Shown piece by piece: positions 51,847 to 60,223 of a stretch of DNA of 64,000 nucleotides (position 1 is its first letter; each line of letters begins with the position of its first letter). The DNA is taken from positions 96,001 through 160,000 of the forward strand of contig CAWJPJ010000007.1 in NCBI GenBank assembly GCA_963844715.1, written 5' to 3'. This DNA is from an uncultured Phycisphaerales bacterium. Its GTDB lineage: Bacteria; Planctomycetota; Phycisphaerae; Tepidisphaerales; Tepidisphaeraceae. Made by a program: the position numbers and the translations under genes. The notes under the pieces are model-generated. The model saw only the letters and a program-made list of their open reading frames with translations, made no database searches and had not been told where the DNA came from.

Positions 51847-52094
51847 CGCCCGATCTCCTCAAACAACAGAATGTCGAAAGTATCCCCGCTTTGACTATAC
51901 CCCAGGAATCGCGCGAGGCGGCGAAATCCGCAAAGGCGTCGGCCGATTCGGGCCGGACCAGTGTGAAGATGGGTGGGTTGTTTCAAGTGGGCCTAAAAAT
52001 CGGCTGGGAACGGCGTTTTTTTATTCGGTCCACGCGGCCTGTCTGGTTACAATCCCCGCCGAAGTCAGGGGGAAGGGCAAAAAACGAGGAGCCT

Positions 52095-52400
52095 ATGTTT
52101 CAATCCAAATTTCGCCGGCTGCTGACGGTCCCGGGCGCGATTTTCCTGGCGGTGGGAGTTATCGGATGCGGGTCGAAGGTGTCGGGGAAATACATGGCCG
52201 CCGGCGGGATGATGACGGTCGATTTGGAAAGCGGCCAGGCGACGGTCACCTCGCCGGTCTCGCAACCGGAAACCGATCCTTTTACCGTCAGCGGTAATAC
52301 CGTGACAATCAAAACCAAGGACGGGGACATGCAACTGACGATCATGCAGGACGGATCGCTTCAGGGACAGGGAGTCACGCTGACCAAAGCGGCGAACTAG
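52095..52400 (+). CDS. Small lipoprotein
   Basis: MFQSKFRR + hydrophobic + VIGC lipobox, short beta-rich domain, GAGGAG RBS. Confidence 0.8.
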   Translation: MFQSKFRRLLTVPGAIFLAVGVIGCGSKVSGKYMAAGGMMTVDLESGQATVTSPVSQPETDPFTVSGNTVTIKTKDGDMQLTIMQDGSLQGQGVTLTKAAN

Positions 52401-52406
52401 GGCCGA

Positions 52407-52583
52407 CTACTCCTTCATCGTAACGGCTTGGGTCGGACAATTGTCCTGGCAGGCGTTGCAGTCGATGCAGTTATCTTCCTTGACGACGGCGACCTTCTCC
52501 TCAACCTTGATCGCGTCCGAGGGGCAGTTGTCCTGACAGGTGCCACATCCGTCACACTTGCTTGCATCCACAATCGCAGGCAT
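52407..52583 (-). CDS. 2[4Fe-4S] ferredoxin (58 aa, below the ORF-track cutoff)
   Basis: Manual translation MPAIVDASKCDGCGTCQDNCPSDAIKVEEKVAVVKEDNCIDCNACQDNCPTQAVTMKE. Two CxxCxxCxxxCP motifs, AAGGAG RBS. Confidence 0.93.
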   Translation of the reverse strand: MPAIVDASKCDGCGTCQDNCPSDAIKVEEKVAVVKEDNCIDCNACQDNCPTQAVTMKE

Positions 52584-52694
52584 GTTGCGTACTCCTTAGC
52601 GAGATGTCTTCCAAAACTCTACGATTGGCGGGATGGATTTTCAGTCGGCAAAAACCCCTGTTTGCGTGTCGGGGAGAGTGGGCGAAGTCGGGAT

Positions 52695-54188
52695 TTATTT
52701 GCGTAAAACGATGATCCAGCCGGGGATTTTTTTATCGGCATGACGGCGAATCTCGACCCGCTCGGCGGCGGCTTCGCTGAGGCCCGCCGCGCTGGTCTGG
52801 TCGCGGATGTACTGGATCGAATGGGAGAAGCGCTCGCCGTTGTGGAGGAAGAATCCCGGGCCGTCGAAATGCTCGATGGAGAAGACGAACAATCCGCCGG
52901 GCCGCAGCGCCGCCGCGACGGCGGGCATGAGGTCTTTTAAATCCCCGACGTAAATCAGAACGTCGCCGGCCAGAATCAGATCAAAGGAATTGGGGTCCGC
53001 CAGCGCCGTGAGGACGTCTTCCTGGGTCAGGCGGTCGTACACGCCGCGCGAATTTGCCTTGCGGATCATTTTGCCGGAGAGATCGACGCCGCTGAGATGT
53101 TCGACGATGGGGCGGACGGCCTTGCCGCATAATCCGGTGCCGCAGCCGAGATCGAGGGCGCCGGCGAATATTCTCCCCGGGGCCAGCCTGGTGACGGCGG
53201 CCAATATTGATTCGGGCACATGATAGTCCAGCGTCTTGACGAGATGCTCGTCGAAAGATTCGCTGTAGTCGTCGAAAAGCTCGCGGACCCAATTCTCCGG
53301 GATAGTTTGCGCCGAACCGTCGCCCGCGCAGGCGGCCAGCTCAAATTTCCAATCGGCGCGATCCGGAGCGAGCTTGATGGCCCGGCGATAGCTATCGCAC
53401 GCGGGGGCGATCTGCCCGGCCAGGCGGCGCATCCTGGCGAGATTGAAATGCGCCATCGCTTCGGACGGATGCGAAGTCACGACCGTCTGGAAACATTCGA
53501 TCGCCGCTTCGTTTTGCCTGCGCTTGGCGAGCAACTTTCCCAGACTCCAGTTGGCTTGTTTATGTCCGGGCTGAAGCTGCCGGGCTTTTGAATACGCTGC
53601 AATCGCCTCGTCCAGTTTTTGTTCGTCCCACAGGAGATTTCCCAGGCTGTTCAGGGCCTCGGGCCAATTCGGGCGCAGCTCCATCGCCCGCGCGACTGCC
53701 GCGTGGGCTTCGGTCAGACGATTCAGTTCCTGCAACGCCTCCCCGAGACGGAGATGCGCCATGGCCAGATCGGGACGAAGACGAATCGCGGTCCGAAACG
53801 CCTGGGCGGCCGGTTCGAACTGCCTGGCGTCCTTCAGGGCATTGCCTAGAGCGCCGTATCCTTCGGGCCAATTCGGTTGGAGTTGAAGAGCTTTTTTGTA
53901 CGCGCCGATCGCGTCCTCGAATTTTCCCGCGGCCCGCAATGTGTCGCCGAGATCGCGATGTGCGAGTGGATCGCTGTCGTTGATGGCGATGGAGGCGCGG
54001 AGCTTTTGCACGGCCTCGTCGAGTCGGCCGTGCTTTCGCAGGACAACGCCAAGGATGCGCAGGGTCCGCGGCTCACTGGGATTCTGAGAAAGAATTTCCC
54101 GGCAGACGTCCTCCGCGTCTTTAAGCAGTCCGGCCTGCTGAGCGCGATCGGCCAGGGAAAGCGCGGTTTGAATCGTCGGATCGGGCAC
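52695..54188 (-). CDS. TPR protein with C-terminal SAM-dependent methyltransferase
   Basis: TPRs, LFDDY...FD.HL...L.Y, LDLGCGTGL.G, GVDLS..M, DVLIY.GDL, RF.HS. Confidence 0.88.
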   Translation of the reverse strand: MPDPTIQTALSLADRAQQAGLLKDAEDVCREILSQNPSEPRTLRILGVVLRKHGRLDEAVQKLRASIAINDSDPLAHRDLGDTLRAAGKFEDAIGAYKKALQLQPNWPEGYGALGNALKDARQFEPAAQAFRTAIRLRPDLAMAHLRLGEALQELNRLTEAHAAVARAMELRPNWPEALNSLGNLLWDEQKLDEAIAAYSKARQLQPGHKQANWSLGKLLAKRRQNEAAIECFQTVVTSHPSEAMAHFNLARMRRLAGQIAPACDSYRRAIKLAPDRADWKFELAACAGDGSAQTIPENWVRELFDDYSESFDEHLVKTLDYHVPESILAAVTRLAPGRIFAGALDLGCGTGLCGKAVRPIVEHLSGVDLSGKMIRKANSRGVYDRLTQEDVLTALADPNSFDLILAGDVLIYVGDLKDLMPAVAAALRPGGLFVFSIEHFDGPGFFLHNGERFSHSIQYIRDQTSAAGLSEAAAERVEIRRHADKKIPGWIIVLRK

Positions 54189-54204
54189 GGGGGAATATTG
54201 TACT

Positions 54205-55455
54205 TCAATCCGCGGACGAGAGACCGAGCTTCGCCAGCGTCTGGTCCACCGAGGCCTGAAATCGGTCGAAATTAAAATTCTCCACGACGAGACGCCGGCC
54301 GTTCTCCGCCCAGGCGTCGCGCTCCTGCGGGTGAGTGAGCAGATAAATGCACCCCTCGGCAAATTCCTCATCGGTGTTCCCGCGCCAAAGGCTTTGCCGG
54401 TGTTTCAGCACGTCTTCCAGGCCACGGTGACTATGCGGCGTAACGACGCACGTTCTGCCGAACGTGAAGCACTCGACGGCTTTGATTTTGGTTCCCCCGC
54501 CGCGCTGGACGGGAACGATTGTGAAAGCGCAGCGCTGATATTCATCGCGCAGATCCGGAGCGAATCCGACGGGTGTAACACCGGGAATGGCCCTCCAGCG
54601 CGCTTTTCTGGCGTCGTCCATACCGGTGCCGACCATTCGCAAAACCGCCTTCGGGACGGCGGAGCGAATTCGGGGCCAGATGTTCTTCAGGAAATGCCCG
54701 ACAGCCTCGGAATTGGGTGCATATCCCATGCTCGCGACGAGCAGAATAACCGGCTCCTCGTGCTGCGGCGGGCACGGGACTGCGCGGAGAACCCTCCTGC
54801 GGATACGGAATATTCGCCAGCAAAGACCATCGCCCGGGATCGAAATCGGCGGCGTCATTCGCGGCGGCAACCCAAAGATGCGAGGCGCGCCGAAACAGCG
54901 GCAGCGCCGTGTCGCGAATTTGTTTTGTTTGACGGGCAAACGCCAATCGCTTGTAGAGCGGAACTGACGGATGGAGATTCTCGGCCGCTACGATGTGATC
55001 CACGTCGTCCACGTCGATGACGACTGGAATCTCCGGCGGCTGATGAAGGATCCCGGACATCGCCGCCGGATAAAGATGGCGGGTGATGATCAAATCGTAC
55101 TGTTTCGTCGCCAGGGCTTTTTTCACTGCGGCCACAAGTGCCGTGTCGGGCCGGTACCAGACCGCCTGCGTTCCGAACGCCGATGCCAGCCGGTCCACCG
55201 TGCGCGGGGAGAATTTCCGCACCAGGTTCCACGGCGGCAGGCTCCCGCGCCGGGGAAGAGTGACCTCTTCAATCAGTCCATGCTTTTGCTTGCCTTCTTC
55301 GACTAGTTCTTTGGGAAGGGGTCCCCAGCGCCCGACAAAGATGAGATCAGTCGGCGCGTGTTTGGCCAGGCGCGGATCAGCAACGCCGTGCGTTGATTAC
55401 CGCCGATGTTCGGTGGAAAGGGCAGGACGTGGGTGATGCAGAGAATCCGCCGCAT
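54205..55455 (-). CDS. GT4-family glycosyltransferase (frameshifts near 55370 and 54800)
   Basis: Manual N-terminus MRRILCITHVLPFPPNIGGNQRT, middle D.DDV.H, C-terminal Y.PN..A...F...IWP, P...GGGTKIK..E. Confidence 0.8.
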
Positions 55456-55476
55456 ACCGTCCTGTCGGTAGACTGG

Positions 55477-55719
55477 CTATTTCTTTGCGGCCGGCGCGGG
55501 GGCGGTCTTTTGGAAACTGTAGGTTCCCCCGAATTTCTTGCTGAAGCGCTCGACGCGTCCGGCCGTGTCCACGAATTTCTGCTTGCCGGTGAAGAACGGA
55601 TGGCACTGGCCGCAGATGTCCACGTTGATCTTGGGGAGCGTGCTGCGGGTGGTAAACGTGTTTCCGCAGGCGCAGTGGACGGTGCAGGTCTGATAACGCG
55701 GGTGGATTTTCGATTTCAC
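55477..55719 (-). CDS. rpmE: 50S ribosomal protein L31 (Zn-binding type)
   Basis: MK..IHP.Y....V.CACGN.F.TRST...[23 protein letters not shown]. Confidence 0.97.
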   Translation of the reverse strand: MKSKIHPRYQTCTVHCACGNTFTTRSTLPKINVDICGQCHPFFTGKQKFVDTAGRVERFSKKFGGTYSFQKTAPAPAAKK

Positions 55720-55858
55720 GGGACGAACTCCTTGCCTCCGGACGTGCGGAAGGCGGTTCGCCTTACGTCAGCCGGGGGAGTATTCATAGTGTCCCCGGCC
55801 TTTAAAATCAACGGTTTAATTTCCGATCCGGCGGCAAACTAGGCATAATGCGGCTCTT

Positions 55859-57790
55859 ATGGCACGGCGAGGCAGGCGCGGAATCACCGGGGAGGCGGAA
55901 CCCAGCGGCGCGGGCGCCCCACCGCCGCAAACGCCTCCACCCGTCAAGGCGGCTCCCGAACAATTGGTCGCCGGACTGGCGCCGCTCCTCTTTGAAGTCG
56001 GCTGGGAAGTCTGCTGGCAACTGGGCGGAATCTACACCGTTCTACGATCCAAAGCCCCGACCATGATCCAGCGCTGGGGCGAACGCTACTGCCTGATCGG
56101 GCCTTACAACCCTCAGACGGCGGCGGTCGAATTCGAGGAGCAGCCGGCGACCGGACTCCTGGCGCGGACTCTGCAAAAGCTTTCCGACCGCGGAACCGGG
56201 TGGCGGTATGGGCAATGGCTCATTCCGGGCCGGCCCCATGTCATCCTTCTCGACTACCGGGCCCGATTCGGGCAACTCGATTCGGATAAATACCTGCTCT
56301 GGAAAGATCACGGCATCGGGACCGTCGCCGGGGACGGGGAAGTGAACGAGGTCATTGCCTTCGGATTCGCGGTGACGGAATTTTTCCGGGTCTTGTGCGA
56401 GGAATTGGACGGGCATCAGCCGGTGATCGGGCACTTTCACGAATGGATGGCGGCGGTCGCGGTGCCGCGGATCGCGCATCTGAAATTGCCGGTGGCGACG
56501 GTTTTTACGACCCACGCCACGCTGCTGGGCCGGTACCTGGCCAGCGACGATGCGGAGTTTTACCAGCATCTTCCCTCGATCCAGCCCGACGAAGCGGCGG
56601 GACGGCGCAACATCCATCCGCGCTTTGCGATCGAGCGGGCAGCGGCGCATGCGTCGACCGTTTTCACGACGGTCAGCCAGGTGACGGGCGTCGAGTCGCA
56701 GGCCCTTCTGGGGCGCGTGCCGGACGTCATTCTTCCGAACGGGCTGAATCTTTATCGGTTCGCGGCGTTGCACGAATTTCAGAACCTGCACCGCCAGTAC
56801 AAGGAAGTGATCCACGAATTCGTGATGGGGCACTTCTTCCCCGGATACAGCTTCGATCTGGACCGAACGATTTTTCTTTTCACGAGCGGGCGCTACGAAT
56901 ACCGCAACAAGGGGATGGACCTCTTCATCGAGGCGCTCCATCGCCTCAACGGCCGGCTGAAAACGCTCGACGACCCCCCCACCGTGGTGGCCTTTTTGAT
57001 CACCAAGGCGGCGACCAAGCATGTCAACGTCGGCGTTCTTCAGAGCCAGTCGATGTTCGACGAACTGCGGCGCCTGTGCGGGCAGATTCAGCAGCAGATG
57101 GGGTACAAGTTGTTCGCCAACGCGGCCATGGGCAAGATCGCCTCCGGCGCGGAATTGATGGACGAGGACGATCGCGTGCGGTTGAAGCAGGCGATTCACG
57201 CCTGGCACAACGGCCGCCAGCCGCCGATCGTCACCCACGACCTGGTCGATGACGCCAGCGATCCGATCCTTCAACATCTGCGTCATCGCGGCCTGCTCAA
57301 CGCGGCGTCCGACCCGGTGAAGGTGGTGTTTCATCCGCATTTTGTGACGGCCGTCGGGCCACTGATCAATCTCGATTACGAGCAGTTTGTTCGCGGGTGC
57401 CACCTGGGCGTGTTCCCCAGTTATTACGAGCCGTGGGGATATACGCCGATGGAGTGCGTCGCCCTGGGCGTTCCCACCGTCACGACCGACTTAAGCGGCT
57501 TTGGCGCATATGTTCAGCAGAACGTGGCGGAGCACCAGGATCAAGGGATTTATGTGCTGAACCGCCGGACGCACTCGTTCGAGGACGCGACCAACGAACT
57601 GGCGGACCATCTTGCGACCTTCGTGCAGCTAGGCCGAAGGCAGCGCGTGGAGTTGCGCAATCGGGTGGAGCGATTAGGCGAAATGTTTGACTGGTCGGCC
57701 CTGATCGTGAATTACAACGAGGCGCACGATCTGGCCCTGACCCGGCTCGCGCAGGGCCATCCCGGGAAGGTACAGGTCAAGGTCGTTTAG
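55859..57790 (+). CDS. Eukaryote-type (GT3) glycogen synthase
   Basis: FEV.WEV...GGIYTV.RSK, HFHEW, FTTHAT.LGRYL, EFQNLH, GRYEY.NKG.D, GCHLGVFPSYYEPWGYTP.EC. Confidence 0.9.
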   Translation: MARRGRRGITGEAEPSGAGAPPPQTPPPVKAAPEQLVAGLAPLLFEVGWEVCWQLGGIYTVLRSKAPTMIQRWGERYCLIGPYNPQTAAVEFEEQPATGLLARTLQKLSDRGTGWRYGQWLIPGRPHVILLDYRARFGQLDSDKYLLWKDHGIGTVAGDGEVNEVIAFGFAVTEFFRVLCEELDGHQPVIGHFHEWMAAVAVPRIAHLKLPVATVFTTHATLLGRYLASDDAEFYQHLPSIQPDEAAGRRNIHPRFAIERAAAHASTVFTTVSQVTGVESQALLGRVPDVILPNGLNLYRFAALHEFQNLHRQYKEVIHEFVMGHFFPGYSFDLDRTIFLFTSGRYEYRNKGMDLFIEALHRLNGRLKTLDDPPTVVAFLITKAATKHVNVGVLQSQSMFDELRRLCGQIQQQMGYKLFANAAMGKIASGAELMDEDDRVRLKQAIHAWHNGRQPPIVTHDLVDDASDPILQHLRHRGLLNAASDPVKVVFHPHFVTAVGPLINLDYEQFVRGCHLGVFPSYYEPWGYTPMECVALGVPTVTTDLSGFGAYVQQNVAEHQDQGIYVLNRRTHSFEDATNELADHLATFVQLGRRQRVELRNRVERLGEMFDWSALIVNYNEAHDLALTRLAQGHPGKVQVKVV

Positions 57791-57804
57791 ATCGGGGAAC
57801 AGGA

Positions 57805-58131
57805 TTAGAAGAATTCAACGCCGCAGTCGAAGCGCCCGTCGTCGCGGGTCCGGCAGGAGACGATGCGGATTCGGCTGGAGGCCCGCAACCCCCCACCGCC
57901 GAGAACCATCCAGTGGATCGCATCGGGTTCGAAGCGATTGTCCGAGACAAAACCGGCCCCGTAGAGCGAGAGATCGATGACGTCGACGTTCCGGCTGGAT
58001 TCGCGCCCGCCGCCGCCGGCCTCGCAGGAAATCCATCCCTTGGCCTCGTATGCCTGGCGGGGAGCGCGGCGGCGTTCCGTTGCTTCAGGAATGACCGCTG
58101 CGGATCCGGACGGATTTGAAGATGGGGCCAT
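57805..58131 (-). CDS. PilZ-domain protein
   Basis: ERRRAPR and DLSLYG c-di-GMP-binding motifs, C-terminal GVEF. Confidence 0.85.
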   Translation of the reverse strand: MAPSSNPSGSAAVIPEATERRRAPRQAYEAKGWISCEAGGGGRESSRNVDVIDLSLYGAGFVSDNRFEPDAIHWMVLGGGGLRASSRIRIVSCRTRDDGRFDCGVEFF

Positions 58132-58141
58132 GGAACTATTC

Positions 58142-58167
58142 ATCGGACCTTACGCCGCGTCCCTTTG
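58142..58167 (-). promoter_or_regulatory. Sigma28/SigD-like promoter of the PilZ gene
   Basis: CAAAG-N15-TCCGAT, same geometry as upstream of adhesins B and C. Confidence 0.45.
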
Positions 58168-58224
58168 GCTCGCCCCGGCCGTGCCGATATACTTGGATTA
58201 TCGGCCTTTGCCCCTGGAGCCCAC

Positions 58225-59700
58225 GTGTCTGAACGCGTCTGCAAATCGTATCGCGTCTTGGTTGGCCTGGAGATCCACGTCCAATTGTCCACCCGATCCA
58301 AGATGTTCACCGGCGCGGCCAATGGTTTCGGCGCCGAACCCAATACACAGGTGGACGAGCAGGTCCTGGGTCTGCCCGGGGTTTTGCCCGTCATGAACAA
58401 AAAGGCGGTCGAGTACGCCATCAAGGCGGGGATGGCTCTTGGGTGCAAAATCGCCCGGCACACCAAGTGGGATCGCAAGAGTTACTACTATCCCGACCTG
58501 CCCAAGAATTATCAGATCAGCCAATACGATCTGCCGCTTTGTTTGCAGGGGGAGTTTGAGCTGGTGCGCAGGGACGGATCGAGCCTGCCCGTGCGCATTC
58601 GCCGGGCGCATTTGGAAGAGGATGCGGGAAAGCTGCTGCACGAAGCGCCTGGCGGTTATGCAATCGACTTCAGTATTGTCGATTTGAATCGCGCTGGCAC
58701 GCCGCTGCTGGAGATCGTCACCGAGCCGGATCTATCAAGCCCGCAAGACGTCGCCCTGTTCGGGCAGGAATTGCAGAAGCTCGTGCAGTTCCTTGGCGTC
58801 AGCGAGGGGCAAATGCAAATGGGACACATGCGCTTCGAGCCGAACATCAACGTGCATATCACGGACGGCGAAGGGAATGTGCACAAGACGGCGATCACCG
58901 AAATCAAGAACCTCAACAGCTTCAGCGTCCTGGAGCGGGCGACGACTTACGAAGTGCAACGGCAAATCCGCGCCTGGGAAGAAACCGGTTCGCTGGGCCG
59001 GAAGAGCACGTACGGCTGGGACGAAGCGGCCGGGGCGACATTCCATCAGCGCGACAAGGAAGAGGCGAACGACTACCGCTATTTCCCCGACCCGGATCTG
59101 GTCCCGATCGAGGTGGATGATAAATGGCTCGCGGAGTTGAAAGGCCAAATCGGCGAATTGCCCGCCGCCCGGCGCAAGAGATATGTCGAAGCGCTGGGAT
59201 TGTCGGCGACGGACGCGGCGATCCTCGCCTCGGACCGCGCCACCGGCGAGTTCTACGAAGCCGCCATCGCCGCCGGCGGCGACGCCAAGCGCGTCAGCAA
59301 TCTCATCCTCTCGCATGGCCGGCGCCTGGCGAACGAGAAAAGCACGGCCCTGGAAGGTATCGGGGTCAGCCCCAGGCGATTCGCCGAAGTGGCGACCCTG
59401 ATCGACTCGAGCAAGATTTCCGCCAGCAGCGCCGGACCGCTCTTCGACAAACTGGCGCAAAAAGACGCCCCGGCTGAAGCCGTCGCCACGGAGCTGGGGC
59501 TGATTCAGGTGAGCGACACCGGCGCGATCGACAAGGCGATCGACGCGGTGATCGCCGCCAATCCCAAGCCGCTACAGGATTATCGCGCCGGCAAGCAGTC
59601 GGCGATGGGCGCGCTGGTGGGCATGGTGATGAAAAACGGCAAGGGTTTGAATCCCAAGATGGTGCAGGAAGCGCTGAAAAAGAAATTGGAAGGATCCTGA
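58225..59700 (+). CDS. gatB: Asp/Glu-tRNA amidotransferase subunit B
   Basis: GLEIHVQL, LPGVLP, RK.Y.YPDLPK.YQISQ, HLEEDAGK, DLNRAG.PL.EIVTEP, EIKNLNS, YRYFPDPDL. GTG start. Confidence 0.96.
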   Translation: MSERVCKSYRVLVGLEIHVQLSTRSKMFTGAANGFGAEPNTQVDEQVLGLPGVLPVMNKKAVEYAIKAGMALGCKIARHTKWDRKSYYYPDLPKNYQISQYDLPLCLQGEFELVRRDGSSLPVRIRRAHLEEDAGKLLHEAPGGYAIDFSIVDLNRAGTPLLEIVTEPDLSSPQDVALFGQELQKLVQFLGVSEGQMQMGHMRFEPNINVHITDGEGNVHKTAITEIKNLNSFSVLERATTYEVQRQIRAWEETGSLGRKSTYGWDEAAGATFHQRDKEEANDYRYFPDPDLVPIEVDDKWLAELKGQIGELPAARRKRYVEALGLSATDAAILASDRATGEFYEAAIAAGGDAKRVSNLILSHGRRLANEKSTALEGIGVSPRRFAEVATLIDSSKISASSAGPLFDKLAQKDAPAEAVATELGLIQVSDTGAIDKAIDAVIAANPKPLQDYRAGKQSAMGALVGMVMKNGKGLNPKMVQEALKKKLEGS

Positions 59701-59706
59701 TTTCCC

Positions 59707-59895
59707 ATGGCCACGGCACGGATGTCGAATCGCAGAGTGAAGCGCCCTTATGGTGGATTTCTGCGCAGCAAACGCCGCAGCGGGCTGGACACGCTGGCGA
59801 TGCTGGAAGCCGCCAAAGGCGATCAGACGCCTCGCCTTCCCGGGTTCTGGGCTACAATCTATTCGGCGGTGAAGCGATTATTCCGCCGCCGATGA
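59707..59895 (+). CDS. Small basic hypothetical protein
   Basis: 62 aa, exactly fills the gap between gatB and the DUF971 gene. Confidence 0.45.
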   Translation: MATARMSNRRVKRPYGGFLRSKRRSGLDTLAMLEAAKGDQTPRLPGFWATIYSAVKRLFRRR

Positions 59896-59896
59896 T

Positions 59897-60223
59897 ATGT
59901 CATTTGCCGCAAACACGCCTCAGAAGCTCGATCTCAAGCGTGATGAGAAACTGGAAATCCTCTGGAAGGACGGCTCGCGCAGCGTCTACCCGCTGCAACT
60001 TTTGCGGTCGATGTGCCCCTGTGCGACGTGCAAGGAAGTGCGAGCCGGGCAGCACGAGCGGAAATCGCTTTTGACGATTTTGCCTGGGAATTACGCCAAG
60101 CCGCTGACCGTCGTGAAGGCGGAACTTGTGGGGAATTACGCCCTTCAGATCGACTGGTCGGACGATCATGGGAGCGGGATTTATTCGTTCGATTATTTGC
60201 GCTCGATCGCGCCGAAGGGCTAA
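59897..60223 (+). CDS. DUF971 (GBBH-N-like) protein
   Basis: L.I.W.DG, LR..CPCA.C, VGNYAL...WSD.H.SGIYSF.YL. Confidence 0.9.
   Translation: MSFAANTPQKLDLKRDEKLEILWKDGSRSVYPLQLLRSMCPCATCKEVRAGQHERKSLLTILPGNYAKPLTVVKAELVGNYALQIDWSDDHGSGIYSFDYLRSIAPKG

Noticed and set aside
51900..51990. c-di-GMP-I riboswitch-like GCGAAA..CGCAAAG segment
   Set aside because: P1/P2 pairing and tetraloop receptor could not be built, and a -10 box lies downstream of it.
52428..52706. 92-aa plus-strand ORF
   Set aside because: Antisense to the ferredoxin gene.
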